The position numbers were made by a program, and so were the translations under genes. Below, one piece after another: positions 1 through 10,859 of a stretch of 64,000 nt of DNA; position 1 is the stretch's first letter, and every line of letters begins with the position of its first letter. The stretch lies in NCBI RefSeq assembly GCF_016026235.1, contig NZ_CP065613.1; one strand, given 5' to 3'. Origin of the DNA: Escherichia coli (GTDB lineage: Bacteria > Pseudomonadota > Gammaproteobacteria > Enterobacterales > Enterobacteriaceae). Below the pieces are notes generated by a model. It was not told the origin of the DNA. It ran no database searches and was given only the letters and a program-made list of their open reading frames with translations.

Positions 1-847
1 CTTTGCGCTGCTGCTTCTCGCGCCCAGCTTATTACTGCTGGGTGGTCTGGTGGCCTGGCCAATGGTGTCGAATATCGAAATCAGTTTTTTACGTCTGCCG
101 CTCAATCCCAACATCGAGTCAACCTTTGTTGGGGTGAGTAACTATGTGCGTATCCTCTCCGAGCCCGGCTTCTGGCACTCGCTGTGGATGACGGTCTGGT
201 ATACCGCGCTGGTGGTGGCGGGCAGCACCGTCCTCGGGCTGGCAGTGGCGATGTTTTTCAACCGCGAGTTCCGCCTGCGCAAAACCGCGCGTTCGCTGGT
301 GATCCTCTCCTACGTAACGCCGTCCATTTCGCTGGTGTTTGCCTGGAAATACATGTTCAACAACGGCTACGGCATTGTGAACTACCTCGGCGTCGATCTT
401 CTGCATCTCTATGAGCAGGCACCACTGTGGTTCGATAATCCGGGCAGTAGCTTTGTGCTGGTGGTGCTGTTCGCCATCTGGCGCTACTTCCCGTATGCCT
501 TTATCTCGTTTCTGGCGATTTTGCAGACCATCGACAAATCGCTGTACGAAGCGGCAGAGATGGATGGCGCTAATGCCTGGCAACGGTTTCGTATCGTCAC
601 GCTGCCCGCGATTATGCCGGTCCTGGCGACGGTGGTGACCCTGCGCACCATCTGGATGTTCTACATGTTCGCGGATGTTTATTTGCTGACGACCAAGGTC
701 GATATTCTCGGTGTATATCTCTACAAAACCGCCTTTGCCTTTAATGACTTAGGGAAAGCGGCGGCGATCTCGGTGGTGCTATTCATCATTATTTTCGCTG
801 TCATTCTGCTGACCAGAAAACGGGTGAACCTCAATGGCAACAAATAA
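1..847 (+). CDS. ycjO: ABC sugar transporter permease, 5' end outside window
   Basis: ORF runs to window start; multi-TM permease sequence in K-12 ycjO position upstream of ycjP. Confidence 0.88.
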   Translation, partial: FALLLLAPSLLLLGGLVAWPMVSNIEISFLRLPLNPNIESTFVGVSNYVRILSEPGFWHSLWMTVWYTALVVAGSTVLGLAVAMFFNREFRLRKTARSLVILSYVTPSISLVFAWKYMFNNGYGIVNYLGVDLLHLYEQAPLWFDNPGSSFVLVVLFAIWRYFPYAFISFLAILQTIDKSLYEAAEMDGANAWQRFRIVTLPAIMPVLATVVTLRTIWMFYMFADVYLLTTKVDILGVYLYKTAFAFNDLGKAAAISVVLFIIIFAVILLTRKRVNLNGNK

Positions 848-1676
848 ACGCACACTCAGTCGCATCGGTTTTTACTGCGGGCTGGCGCTGTTTCTCATCA
901 TCACGCTATTTCCGTTTTTTGTGATGCTGATGACCTCGTTCAAGGGCGCGAAAGAGGCGATCTCACTGCATCCTACGCTGCTGCCGCAGCAGTGGACGCT
1001 GGAGCATTACGTCGACATTTTTAACCCGATGATTTTCCCGTTTGTCGACTACTTCCGTAACAGTCTGGTGGTGTCGGTGGTTTCATCCGTGGTGGCGGTA
1101 TTCCTCGGCATTCTTGGGGCTTACGCGCTTTCCCGCCTGCGCTTTAAAGGTCGGATGACCATCAATGCCAGCTTTTACACGGTGTATATGTTCTCTGGCA
1201 TTTTGCTGGTGGTGCCGCTGTTCAAAATCATCACCGCGCTGGGCATTTACGACACCGAGATGGCGCTGATCATCACCATGGTGACGCAAACTCTGCCCAC
1301 CGCCGTGTTTATGCTGAAAAGCTACTTCGACACCATCCCCGATGAGATCGAAGAAGCGGCGATGATGGATGGCCTCAACCGTCTGCAAATTATCTTCCGC
1401 ATCACCGTGCCGTTGGCGATGTCCGGGCTGATATCCGTGTTCGTCTACTGCTTTATGGTGGCGTGGAACGACTATCTGTTTGCGTCGATTTTCCTCTCCA
1501 GCGCCAGCAATTTCACCTTACCGGTGGGCCTGAACGCGCTGTTCAGTACGCCAGATTACATCTGGGGACGGATGATGGCGGCCTCACTGGTGACCGCATT
1601 GCCGGTGGTGATTATGTATGCGCTTTCGGAACGTTTTATTAAGAGTGGTTTGACCGCCGGTGGCGTGAAGGGCTAA
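834..1676 (+). CDS. ycjP: ABC sugar transporter permease
   Basis: 280-aa ORF, MalG-type permease features, overlaps ycjO end as in the operon. Confidence 0.9.
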   Translation: MATNKRTLSRIGFYCGLALFLIITLFPFFVMLMTSFKGAKEAISLHPTLLPQQWTLEHYVDIFNPMIFPFVDYFRNSLVVSVVSSVVAVFLGILGAYALSRLRFKGRMTINASFYTVYMFSGILLVVPLFKIITALGIYDTEMALIITMVTQTLPTAVFMLKSYFDTIPDEIEEAAMMDGLNRLQIIFRITVPLAMSGLISVFVYCFMVAWNDYLFASIFLSSASNFTLPVGLNALFSTPDYIWGRMMAASLVTALPVVIMYALSERFIKSGLTAGGVKG

Positions 1677-1706
1677 AGCGGCCAGTTTCTTTACAAGGAG
1701 TTTTAA

Positions 1707-2759
1707 ATGAAAAAGTTAGTAGCCACAGCACCCCGTGTTGCTGCGCTGGTTGAGTATGAAGATCGGGCGATTTTAGCCAATGAAGTGAAAATCCGCGTGC
1801 GTTTCGGCGCACCGAAACACGGAACGGAAGTGGTCGACTTCCGCGCCGCCAGCCCGTTTATCGATGAAGACTTTAACGGCGAATGGCAGATGTTCACTCC
1901 GCGTCCGGCAGATGCGCCGCGCGGCATTGAGTTTGGCAAATTCCAGCTTGGCAACATGGTGGTTGGCGACATTATCGAGTGCGGCAGCGACGTTACCGAC
2001 TACGCGGTGGGCGACAGCGTATGCGGCTACGGCCCGCTCTCCGAGACGGTCATCATTAACGCGGTGAATAACTACAAGCTGCGCAAAATGCCGGAAGGCA
2101 GCTCGTGGGAAAACGCCGTTTGTTACGACCCGGCGCAGTTTGCCATGAGCGGCGTGCGCGATGCCAACGTGCGCGTGGGTGATTTTGTTGTGGTGGTAGG
2201 GCTTGGCGCGATTGGTCAAATTGCCATTCAACTGGCGAAACGCGCTGGCGCGTCGGTCGTGATTGGCGTCGATCCTATCGCCCATCGCTGTGATATTGCC
2301 CGTCGCCACGGCGCGGATTTCTGCCTTAACCCCATTGGTACTGACGTAGGCAAAGAGATCAAAACGCTGACCGGCAAGCAGGGTGCCGATGTGATTATCG
2401 AAACCAGCGGCTATGCCGACGCGCTGCAATCGGCGTTCCGCGGTCTGGCCTACGGTGGCACCATCTCCTATGTCGCGTTTGCCAAACCATTTGCTGAAGG
2501 TTTTAACCTCGGACGCGAAGCGCATTTCAATAACGCCAAAATTGTTTTCTCCCGCGCGTGCAGCGAACCGAACCCGGATTATCCGCGCTGGAGCCGTAAG
2601 CGTATTGAAGAAACCTGCTGGGAACTGCTGATGAACGGTTATCTCAATTGCGAAGATTTAATCGACCCGGTAGTGACCTTTGCCAATAGCCCGGAAAGCT
2701 ACATGCAGTATGTCGATCAGCATCCGGAACAGAGCATCAAAATGGGCGTTACGTTTTAA
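1707..2759 (+). CDS. ycjQ: Zn-dependent sugar dehydrogenase (MDR family)
   Basis: 350-aa ORF with GxGxxG Rossmann motif; RBS aaggag upstream; synteny. Confidence 0.9.
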   Translation: MKKLVATAPRVAALVEYEDRAILANEVKIRVRFGAPKHGTEVVDFRAASPFIDEDFNGEWQMFTPRPADAPRGIEFGKFQLGNMVVGDIIECGSDVTDYAVGDSVCGYGPLSETVIINAVNNYKLRKMPEGSSWENAVCYDPAQFAMSGVRDANVRVGDFVVVVGLGAIGQIAIQLAKRAGASVVIGVDPIAHRCDIARRHGADFCLNPIGTDVGKEIKTLTGKQGADVIIETSGYADALQSAFRGLAYGGTISYVAFAKPFAEGFNLGREAHFNNAKIVFSRACSEPNPDYPRWSRKRIEETCWELLMNGYLNCEDLIDPVVTFANSPESYMQYVDQHPEQSIKMGVTF

Positions 2760-2776
2760 TTCAAAGGAATGAAAAA

Positions 2777-3565
2777 ATGAAAATAGGCACACAGAATCAG
2801 GCATTCTTTCCGGAAAACATTCTGGAGAAATTTCGTTATATCAAAGAGATGGGCTTCGATGGTTTTGAGATTGACGGCAAACTGCTGGTCAACAATCTCG
2901 AAGAAGTCAAAGCAGCAATCAAAGAAACCGGTTTACCGGTGACCACCGCCTGCGGTGGCTATGACGGTTGGATTGGCGACTTTATCGAAGAGCGTCGTCT
3001 TAATGGCTTAAAGCAGATCGAACGCATTCTCGAAGCGCTGGCAGAAGTGGGGGGTAAGGGTATCGTCGTTCCGGCAGCGTGGGGCATGTTTACCTTCCGC
3101 TTACCGCCGATGACCTCGCCGCGTAGCCTGGACGGCGACCGCAAAATGGTGAGTGATTCCCTGCGCGTACTGGAACAGGTCGCCGCGCGTACCGGAACCG
3201 TGGTGTATCTCGAACCGTTAAACCGCTATCAGGATCATATGATCAACACCCTCGCCGATGCCCGCCGTTACATCGTCGAAAACGATCTTAAACATGTACA
3301 GATTATCGGCGATTTCTATCACATGAATATCGAAGAAGATAACCTGGCGCAGGCGCTGCATGACAACCGCGACCTGCTCGGTCATGTGCATATTGCGGAT
3401 AACCATCGCTACCAGCCGGGCAGCGGCACCCTGGATTTCCACGCGCTGTTTGAACAGCTGCGCGCGGATAACTATCAGGGCTATGTAGTGTACGAAGGGC
3501 GTATCCGGGCGGAAGATCCTGCCCAGGCGTACCGTGATTCGTTGGCCTGGTTGCGTACCTGCTAA
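2777..3565 (+). CDS. ycjR: sugar phosphate isomerase/epimerase (xylose isomerase-like TIM barrel)
   Basis: 262-aa ORF; synteny in ycj operon. Confidence 0.88.
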   Translation: MKIGTQNQAFFPENILEKFRYIKEMGFDGFEIDGKLLVNNLEEVKAAIKETGLPVTTACGGYDGWIGDFIEERRLNGLKQIERILEALAEVGGKGIVVPAAWGMFTFRLPPMTSPRSLDGDRKMVSDSLRVLEQVAARTGTVVYLEPLNRYQDHMINTLADARRYIVENDLKHVQIIGDFYHMNIEEDNLAQALHDNRDLLGHVHIADNHRYQPGSGTLDFHALFEQLRADNYQGYVVYEGRIRAEDPAQAYRDSLAWLRTC

Positions 3566-3574
3566 GAGGTCTTT

Positions 3575-4630
3575 GTGAAAAGTGCAATGACAAGCTCTCC
3601 GCTGCGGGTCGCGATAATAGGCGCAGGCCAAGTGGCGGATAAGGTTCATGCTTCGTACTACTGCACCCGCAACGATCTGGAACTGGTGGCTGTCTGTGAC
3701 AGCCGCCTTTCCCAGGCGCAGGCGCTGGCAGATAAATACGGTAATGCATCCGTGTGGGACGATCCGCAGGCCATGCTGCTGGCGGTGAAACCTGATGTGG
3801 TTAGCGTCTGCTCACCTAACCGTTTTCATTACGAACATACCCTGATGGCACTGGAAGCGGGCTGCCATGTGATGTGCGAAAAACCGCCCGCCATGACGCC
3901 AGAACAGGCGCGGGAAATGTGCGATACCGCGCGCAAACTGGGCAAGGTGCTGGCCTACGACTTTCACCATCGTTTTGCGCTCGATACGCAACAGCTGCGT
4001 GAACAGGTGACCAACGGCGTTTTGGGAGAGATTTACGTTACCACCGCCCGCGCCCTGCGTCGCTGCGGCGTTCCCGGCTGGGGCGTCTTTACCAATAAAG
4101 AACTGCAGGGTGGTGGCCCGCTGATCGACATCGGCATTCATATGCTGGATGCTGCGATGTATGTGCTGGGCTTTCCGGCGGTGAAAAGCGTGAATGCGCA
4201 TAGCTTTCAAAAGATCGGCACGCAAAAGAGCTGTGGTCAATTTGGCGAGTGGGATCCGGCAACTTATAGCGTCGAAGATTCGCTGTTTGGCACCATTGAA
4301 TTTCATAACGGCGGCATTCTGTGGCTGGAAACGTCATTTGCACTCAACATCCGCGAACAGTCGATTATGAACGTCAGCTTTTGTGGTGATAAAGCCGGTG
4401 CGACGCTGTTTCCAGCACATATCTACACCGATAACAACGGTGAATTAATGACGCTGATGCAACGGGAAATGGCAGACGACAACCGCCATTTGCGCAGCAT
4501 GGAAGCCTTTATCAATCACGTACAGGGCAAGCCCGTGATGATAGCCGACGCCGAGCAGGGGTACATCATCCAGCAACTGGTGGCGGCGTTGTATCAATCC
4601 GCAGAAACAGGGACGCGTGTGGAATTATGA
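3575..4630 (+). CDS. ycjS: Gfo/Idh/MocA-family NAD-dependent oxidoreductase
   Basis: 351-aa ORF, N-terminal Rossmann motif IIGAGQVA; synteny. Confidence 0.88.
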   Translation: MKSAMTSSPLRVAIIGAGQVADKVHASYYCTRNDLELVAVCDSRLSQAQALADKYGNASVWDDPQAMLLAVKPDVVSVCSPNRFHYEHTLMALEAGCHVMCEKPPAMTPEQAREMCDTARKLGKVLAYDFHHRFALDTQQLREQVTNGVLGEIYVTTARALRRCGVPGWGVFTNKELQGGGPLIDIGIHMLDAAMYVLGFPAVKSVNAHSFQKIGTQKSCGQFGEWDPATYSVEDSLFGTIEFHNGGILWLETSFALNIREQSIMNVSFCGDKAGATLFPAHIYTDNNGELMTLMQREMADDNRHLRSMEAFINHVQGKPVMIADAEQGYIIQQLVAALYQSAETGTRVEL

Positions 4631-6894
4631 CCAGGCCAGTAACGTTATCAGAACCCCATTTCAGCCAGCATACCCTGAACAAGTATGCATCGCTGATGGC
4701 GCAGGGGAACGGCTATCTTGGGCTTCGCGCCAGCCATGAAGAAGATTACACGCGCCAGACGCGAGGGATGTATCTGGCGGGGCTGTATCATCGGGCGGGA
4801 AAAGGTGAAATCAACGAACTGGTGAACCTGCCTGATATCTTGGGGATGGAGATTGCCATAAATGGTGAGGTTTTCTCGTTATCCCGCGAAGCCTGGCAGC
4901 GTGAACTTGACTTTGCCAGTGGAGAATTACGCCGTAGCGTTGTCTGGCGTACCAGCAACGGCACAGGTTACACCATCGCCAGCCGTCGCTTTGTTTCGGC
5001 AGACCAACTGCCGCTCATTGTGCTGGAAATCACTATTACGCCACTGGACGCCGACGCGTCAGTGCTGATTTCAACAGGTATCGACGCTACGCAAACCAAC
5101 CACGGTCGCCAACATCTCGACGAAACCCAGGTGCGGGTGTTTGGTCAGCATCTGATGCAGGGGATCTACACCACCCAGGATGGACGCAGTGATGTGGCCA
5201 TCAGCTGTTGCTGTATGGTGAGCGGTGATGTGCAGCAATGCTATACCGCCAAAGAGCGCCGTTTGCAGCAACATACCAGTGCGCAGCTTCATGCAGGCGA
5301 GACAGTGACGTTGCAAAAACTGGTGTGGATCGACTGGCGGGATGACAGGCAAGCCGTTTTAGACGAGTGGGGCAGCGCGTCGCTTCGCCAGCTTGAAATG
5401 TGCGCGCAGCAGAGTTACGACCAACTTCTTGCAGTATCAACAGAAAACTGGCGTCAATGGTGGCAGAAACGTCGTATCACGGTAAATGGCGGCGAAGCGC
5501 ACGATCAGCAAGCGTTAGATTATGCGCTTTATCATCTGCGCATCATGACGCCTGCCCACGACGAGCGCAGCAGCATTGCGGCAAAAGGCTTAACCGGCGA
5601 AGGCTACAAAGGCCACGTTTTCTGGGATACAGAAGTATTTTTGTTACCGTTTCATCTGTTTAGCGATCCGACGGTTGCCCGAAGTTTACTGCGTTATCGC
5701 TGGCACAACTTGCCAGGCGCGCAGGAGAAAGCGCGACGCAACGGCTGGCAGGGCGCGCTATTTCCGTGGGAAAGCGCGCGCAGCGGCGAAGAAGAGACGC
5801 CGGAATTTGCCGCCATTAACATTCGCACCGGGCTGCGGCAAAAAGTGGCCTCGGCGCAGGCGGAACATCATCTGGTGGCCGATATCGCCTGGGCGGTTAT
5901 TCAATACTGGCAGACCACGGGGGATGAAAGTTTCATTGCGCATGAAGGCATGGCGCTACTTCTGGAAACTGCAAAGTTCTGGATTAGCCGCGCGGTGAGG
6001 GTTAACGACCGTCTGGAAATTCATGATGTTATTGGGCCTGACGAATATACCGAACATGTCAATAATAACGCCTTCACCAGCTATATGGCGTATTACAACG
6101 TCCAGCAGGCGCTGAGTATTGCCCGCCAGTTTGGCTGTAGCGACGATGCGTTTATCCATCGCGCCGAAATGTTCCTTAAAGAACTGCGGCTGCCAGAAAT
6201 TCAGCCCGACGGCGTTTTGCCGCAGGATGATTCGTTTATGGCTAAGCCGGCGATTAATCTGGCGAAATACAAAGCGGCGGCGGGGAAGCAAACCATTCTG
6301 CTGGATTATTCACGCGCAGAAGTGAACGAGATGCAAATCCTCAAACAAGCTGATGTGGTGATGCTCAATTACATGCTGCCGGAGCAGTTCTCAGCGGCAT
6401 CGTGTCTTGCCAATCTGCAATTTTATGAACCGCGCACTATTCACGACTCGTCATTAAGTAAAGCAATCCACGGCATTGTTGCCGCACGCTGTGGCCTGCT
6501 GACCCAAAGTTATCAGTTCTGGCGCGAGGGGACTGAAATCGATCTTGGTGCTGATCCGCATAGTTGTGATGATGGTATCCATGCTGCCGCAACTGGCGCT
6601 ATCTGGCTGGGGGCGATTCAGGGTTTTGCCGGGGTGAGCGTGCGTGACGGTGAATTGCATCTCAATCCGGCGTTACCTGAGCAGTGGCAACAGTTGTCTT
6701 TCCCTCTGTTCTGGCAGGGCTGCGAATTACAGGTCACGCTCGACGCGCAGCGTATTGCGATTCGAACTTCTGCGCCCGTTTCACTGCGTTTGAACGGGCA
6801 GCTTATATCCGTGGCTGAAGAATCTGTTTTCTGTTTGGGTGATTTTATTTTGCCCTTCAATGGGACCGCTACCACACATCAGGAGGATGAATGA
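4627..6894 (+). CDS. ycjT: kojibiose phosphorylase (glycoside hydrolase family 65)
   Basis: 755-aa ORF; GH65 size and sequence; overlapping start/stop with neighbours. Confidence 0.9.
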   Translation: MTRPVTLSEPHFSQHTLNKYASLMAQGNGYLGLRASHEEDYTRQTRGMYLAGLYHRAGKGEINELVNLPDILGMEIAINGEVFSLSREAWQRELDFASGELRRSVVWRTSNGTGYTIASRRFVSADQLPLIVLEITITPLDADASVLISTGIDATQTNHGRQHLDETQVRVFGQHLMQGIYTTQDGRSDVAISCCCMVSGDVQQCYTAKERRLQQHTSAQLHAGETVTLQKLVWIDWRDDRQAVLDEWGSASLRQLEMCAQQSYDQLLAVSTENWRQWWQKRRITVNGGEAHDQQALDYALYHLRIMTPAHDERSSIAAKGLTGEGYKGHVFWDTEVFLLPFHLFSDPTVARSLLRYRWHNLPGAQEKARRNGWQGALFPWESARSGEEETPEFAAINIRTGLRQKVASAQAEHHLVADIAWAVIQYWQTTGDESFIAHEGMALLLETAKFWISRAVRVNDRLEIHDVIGPDEYTEHVNNNAFTSYMAYYNVQQALSIARQFGCSDDAFIHRAEMFLKELRLPEIQPDGVLPQDDSFMAKPAINLAKYKAAAGKQTILLDYSRAEVNEMQILKQADVVMLNYMLPEQFSAASCLANLQFYEPRTIHDSSLSKAIHGIVAARCGLLTQSYQFWREGTEIDLGADPHSCDDGIHAAATGAIWLGAIQGFAGVSVRDGELHLNPALPEQWQQLSFPLFWQGCELQVTLDAQRIAIRTSAPVSLRLNGQLISVAEESVFCLGDFILPFNGTATTHQEDE

Positions 6895-7550
6895 AACTGC
6901 AAGGGGTAATTTTCGATCTGGATGGTGTAATCACCGATACCGCGCATCTGCATTTCCAGGCGTGGCAGCAGATTGCCGCTGAAATTGGCATCAGCATTGA
7001 TGCGCAGTTTAACGAATCCCTAAAAGGGATCAGCCGCGATGAGTCTCTGCGGCGCATTCTGCAACACGGGGGCAAAGAGGGCGACTTTAACTCGCAGGAG
7101 AGGGCGCAACTGGCGTATCGCAAAAATCTGCTCTATGTCCACTCACTGCGCGAGTTGACGGTCAACGCTGTTCTACCCGGCATTCGCTCTTTGCTGGCAG
7201 ATCTCCGTGCACAGCAGATCCCGGTTGGGCTGGCTTCTGTCTCCCTGAATGCGCCGACGATTTTAGCGGCGCTGGAGCTGCGCGAGTTTTTCACCTTCTG
7301 CGCGGATGCTTCCCAACTTAAAAACTCGAAACCGGACCCGGAAATCTTTCTCGCCGCCTGTGCAGGGCTGGGCGTGCCGCCGCAGGCATGTATCGGCATT
7401 GAAGATGCGCAGGCGGGCATTGACGCCATTAACGCCAGCGGTATGCGCTCGGTGGGGATCGGCGCGGGCATAACCGGGGCGCAATTACTATTGCCTTCAA
7501 CGGACTCCCTGACCTGGTCGCGGTTATCGGCCTTCTGGCAAAACGTATAG
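6891..7550 (+). CDS. ycjU: beta-phosphoglucomutase (HAD superfamily)
   Basis: 219-aa ORF with HAD motif [10 protein letters not shown] near N-terminus. Confidence 0.9.
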   Translation: MKLQGVIFDLDGVITDTAHLHFQAWQQIAAEIGISIDAQFNESLKGISRDESLRRILQHGGKEGDFNSQERAQLAYRKNLLYVHSLRELTVNAVLPGIRSLLADLRAQQIPVGLASVSLNAPTILAALELREFFTFCADASQLKNSKPDPEIFLAACAGLGVPPQACIGIEDAQAGIDAINASGMRSVGIGAGITGAQLLLPSTDSLTWSRLSAFWQNV

Positions 7551-7563
7551 CAAAGGAATCAAC

Positions 7564-8646
7564 ATGGCTCAGCTTTCGTTACAACATATTCAAAAAATCT
7601 ACGATAACCAGGTGCATGTGGTGAAGGACTTCAACCTGGAAATTGCCGATAAAGAGTTCATCGTGTTTGTCGGTCCGTCAGGCTGCGGTAAGTCGACCAC
7701 CCTGCGCATGATTGCTGGGCTTGAGGAGATCAGCGGCGGCGATCTGTTGATCGACGGCAAACGAATGAATGACGTTCCAGCCAAAGCACGCAATATAGCG
7801 ATGGTGTTCCAGAACTACGCGTTGTATCCGCATATGACGGTTTACGACAACATGGCGTTTGGCCTGAAGATGCAAAAAATCGCCAAAGAGGTGATTGATG
7901 AGCGGGTGAACTGGGCGGCGCAAATTCTCGGCCTGCGTGAGTACCTGAAACGCAAGCCGGGCGCGCTTTCCGGCGGGCAACGCCAGCGTGTGGCGCTCGG
8001 GCGGGCGATTGTGCGCGAAGCGGGCGTGTTTTTAATGGATGAACCACTCTCTAACCTTGATGCCAAGCTGCGCGTGCAAATGCGCGCAGAGATCAGCAAG
8101 CTGCACCAGAAGCTGAATACCACCATGATCTACGTGACCCACGATCAGACCGAAGCGATGACCATGGCGACGCGGATTGTGATTATGAAGGATGGGATTG
8201 TTCAGCAAGTTGGTGCGCCGAAAACGGTTTATAACCAACCAGCGAATATGTTTGTTGCCGGATTTATTGGATCACCGGCGATGAATTTTATTCGTGGCAC
8301 GATCGATGGCGATAAATTCGTTACGGAAACGCTTAAATTAACCATTCCCGAAGAGAAATTAGCGGTTCTGAAAACACAGGGAAGTTTGCATAAGCCCATC
8401 GTGATGGGAATACGTCCGGAAGATATTCATCCGGACGCGCAAGAGGAAAATAACATTTCCGCCAAAATTAGCGTGGCAGAATTAACCGGTGCGGAATTTA
8501 TGCTCTACACCACGGTTGGGGGGCACGAGTTAGTGGTCCGTGCTGGTGCGTTAAATGATTATCATGCAGGAGAAAATATCACTATTCATTTTGATATGAC
8601 GAAATGTCATTTCTTTGATGCAGAAACGGAAATAGCAATTCGCTAA
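7564..8646 (+). CDS. ycjV: ABC transporter ATP-binding protein (MalK-like), intact
   Basis: 360-aa uninterrupted ORF with Walker A GPSGCGKST, signature LSGGQRQR, Walker B FLMDEP. Confidence 0.9.
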   Translation: MAQLSLQHIQKIYDNQVHVVKDFNLEIADKEFIVFVGPSGCGKSTTLRMIAGLEEISGGDLLIDGKRMNDVPAKARNIAMVFQNYALYPHMTVYDNMAFGLKMQKIAKEVIDERVNWAAQILGLREYLKRKPGALSGGQRQRVALGRAIVREAGVFLMDEPLSNLDAKLRVQMRAEISKLHQKLNTTMIYVTHDQTEAMTMATRIVIMKDGIVQQVGAPKTVYNQPANMFVAGFIGSPAMNFIRGTIDGDKFVTETLKLTIPEEKLAVLKTQGSLHKPIVMGIRPEDIHPDAQEENNISAKISVAELTGAEFMLYTTVGGHELVVRAGALNDYHAGENITIHFDMTKCHFFDAETEIAIR

Positions 8647-8690
8647 ATACAGGGGGAAGGCATTCCCCCAGAATAATACAAGGAACAATA

Positions 8691-9596
8691 ATGAAAAAGT
8701 TATTACCCTGTACCGCACTGGTGATGTGTGCGGGAATGGCCTGCGCACAGGCCGAGGAAAAGAACGACTGGCACTTTAATATCGGCGCGATGTACGAAAT
8801 AGAAAACGTCGAGGGTTATGGCGAAGATATGGATGGGCTGGCGGAGCCTTCAGTCTATTTTAATGCCGCCAACGGGCCGTGGAGAATTGCTCTGGCCTAT
8901 TATCAGGAAGGGCCGGTAGATTATAGCGCGGGTAAACGTGGAACGTGGTTTGATCGCCCGGAGCTGGAGGTGCATTATCAGTTCCTCGAAAACGATGATT
9001 TCAGTTTCGGCCTGACCGGCGGTTTCCGTAATTATGGTTATCACTACGTTGATGAACCGGGTAAAGACACGGCGAATATGCAGCGCTGGAAAATCGCGCC
9101 AGACTGGGATGTGAAACTGACTGACGATTTACGTTTCAACGGTTGGTTGTCGATGTATAAATTTGCCAACCATCTGAACACTACCGGTTACGCTGATACC
9201 CGTGTCGAAACGGAAACAGGTCTGCAATATACCTTCAACGAAACGGTTGCCTTGCGAGTGAACTATTATCTCGAGCGCGGCTTCAATATGGACGACAGCC
9301 GCAATAACGGTGAGTTTTCCACGCAAGAAATTCGCGCCTATTTGCCGCTGACGCTCGGCAACCACTCGGTGACGCCGTATACGCGCATTGGGCTGGATCG
9401 CTGGAGTAACTGGGACTGGCAGGATGATATTGAACGTGAAGGCCATGATTTTAACCGTGTAGGTTTATTTTACGGTTATGATTTCCAGAACGGACTTTCC
9501 GTTTCGCTGGAATACGCGTTTGAGTGGCAGGATCACGACGAAGGCGACAGTGATAAATTCCATTATGCAGGTGTCGGCGTAAATTACTCGTTCTGA
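8691..9596 (+). CDS. ompG: outer membrane porin OmpG
   Basis: 301-aa ORF with signal peptide and aromatic-rich beta-barrel sequence ending in F. Confidence 0.9.
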   Translation: MKKLLPCTALVMCAGMACAQAEEKNDWHFNIGAMYEIENVEGYGEDMDGLAEPSVYFNAANGPWRIALAYYQEGPVDYSAGKRGTWFDRPELEVHYQFLENDDFSFGLTGGFRNYGYHYVDEPGKDTANMQRWKIAPDWDVKLTDDLRFNGWLSMYKFANHLNTTGYADTRVETETGLQYTFNETVALRVNYYLERGFNMDDSRNNGEFSTQEIRAYLPLTLGNHSVTPYTRIGLDRWSNWDWQDDIEREGHDFNRVGLFYGYDFQNGLSVSLEYAFEWQDHDEGDSDKFHYAGVGVNYSF

Positions 9597-9609
9597 TAAT
9601 GGGCTAAAT

Positions 9610-9700
9610 TGCCGGATGCGGCGCGAGTACTTTATCCGATCTATAAATGTAGGCCGGATAAGATGCGCTAGCATCGCATCCGGCATTCAGGCAAGGTAGC
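9610..9700. repeat. REP (repetitive extragenic palindrome) elements
   Basis: gccggatgcggcg / tgtaggccggataag...gcatccggca palindromic units between convergent genes. Confidence 0.6.
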
Positions 9701-9706
9701 TGGTAT

Positions 9707-10705
9707 TTATTTCAGCGTCATATGCGTGGCAACGGTAATATTCTGTGGTGACGGTTTTCCAGAAATTAAGCGGAATAATAACTCGCAGCTTTTTTGACCT
9801 AACTCCTGCGTCGGAACATCGATGCCGCCTGGTGCAGGCGTTAAAATAAACGACAGCGTTTCATTACTATAACCCACCACCGCTAACTGCTGCGGAATAG
9901 CAATATTTTTCTCTGCCGCCGCACGATAAATGCTCATTAATTTCAGGCTGTCAGTGGCAAACACTGCCTCAGGCAACGGTGACTGACTTAATAATTGCCG
10001 TGCTGCTTGCAGTGCTGTTTCATGGGTATAACCGCCATCAACAATCCATTCATCACGCACTGCAATATTATGCGCGGACAGACTTTGCTTATAGCCATTA
10101 ACGCGGTCAACCGAAACATGGACATCAAGCGACGCATGCAGACAGGCAATATTTTGATGCCCACTTTCAATTAATGCATCGGTCAACGCAATGCTGTCGC
10201 CAAAATTATCGGTATCGACAGAATAAACATGGGCATATTGACCTTCAACTTTGCCAATCACCACCACAGGAATATCGTATTTATCAAGTTGGGCAAAAAA
10301 TGACTCATCCGCTGGCGAACTTAGCATAATAATGCCTTTAATCATTTTCTGCTTAATTTTGCTTTCACATTTTTGTAAGTCTTCTGCCAGGTTGTGCGAC
10401 GTTTGTAATATCACGTCGAAACCTTCTTCTTCCGCTTTGGCGGTGATGGCATGTAGAACTTCTGAGAAAAACGGATTACCCGCCGTAGTTTTGGTCGAAC
10501 GGGTAGAAATCACCATAATGGCATCAAAACCCGAAGAGGTCAGCGCGCGGGCCAGCTTGTTTGGCTGATACTGTAATTCTTCAATGGCCCGTAACACTTT
10601 TTCGCGCGCTTCCGGGGAGATATTAGTTTGCTTATTCAGCACGCGTGATACGGTGGATTTTGATACGCCTGCAACCCTGGCAATATCATAAATAGTAGGG
10701 GACAT
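9707..10705 (-). CDS. ycjW: LacI-family transcriptional regulator
   Basis: 332-aa ORF; N-terminal [27 protein letters not shown]; synteny. Confidence 0.9.
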   Translation of the reverse strand: MSPTIYDIARVAGVSKSTVSRVLNKQTNISPEAREKVLRAIEELQYQPNKLARALTSSGFDAIMVISTRSTKTTAGNPFFSEVLHAITAKAEEEGFDVILQTSHNLAEDLQKCESKIKQKMIKGIIMLSSPADESFFAQLDKYDIPVVVIGKVEGQYAHVYSVDTDNFGDSIALTDALIESGHQNIACLHASLDVHVSVDRVNGYKQSLSAHNIAVRDEWIVDGGYTHETALQAARQLLSQSPLPEAVFATDSLKLMSIYRAAAEKNIAIPQQLAVVGYSNETLSFILTPAPGGIDVPTQELGQKSCELLFRLISGKPSPQNITVATHMTLK

Positions 10706-10859
10706 AGGTCAGGAACTCCGTCCGAACGTGAATGCTGCACATCTTATGGAGTTCGCCCGTCGATGACAACACGGGCAGTTGATAATCAATGGCCTGGCCC
10801 CCACATTCATATCCTTACGAATGATTTTTTTCTGGTCTTCAGAGCAGCACAGGACAGCA

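Noticed and set aside
119-583. Antisense ORFs inside ycjO and other ycj genes (for example 119-583, 1083-1388, 1773-2525)
   Set aside because: They lie opposite well-supported coding genes in GC-rich DNA and have no RBS or homology; treated as chance ORFs.
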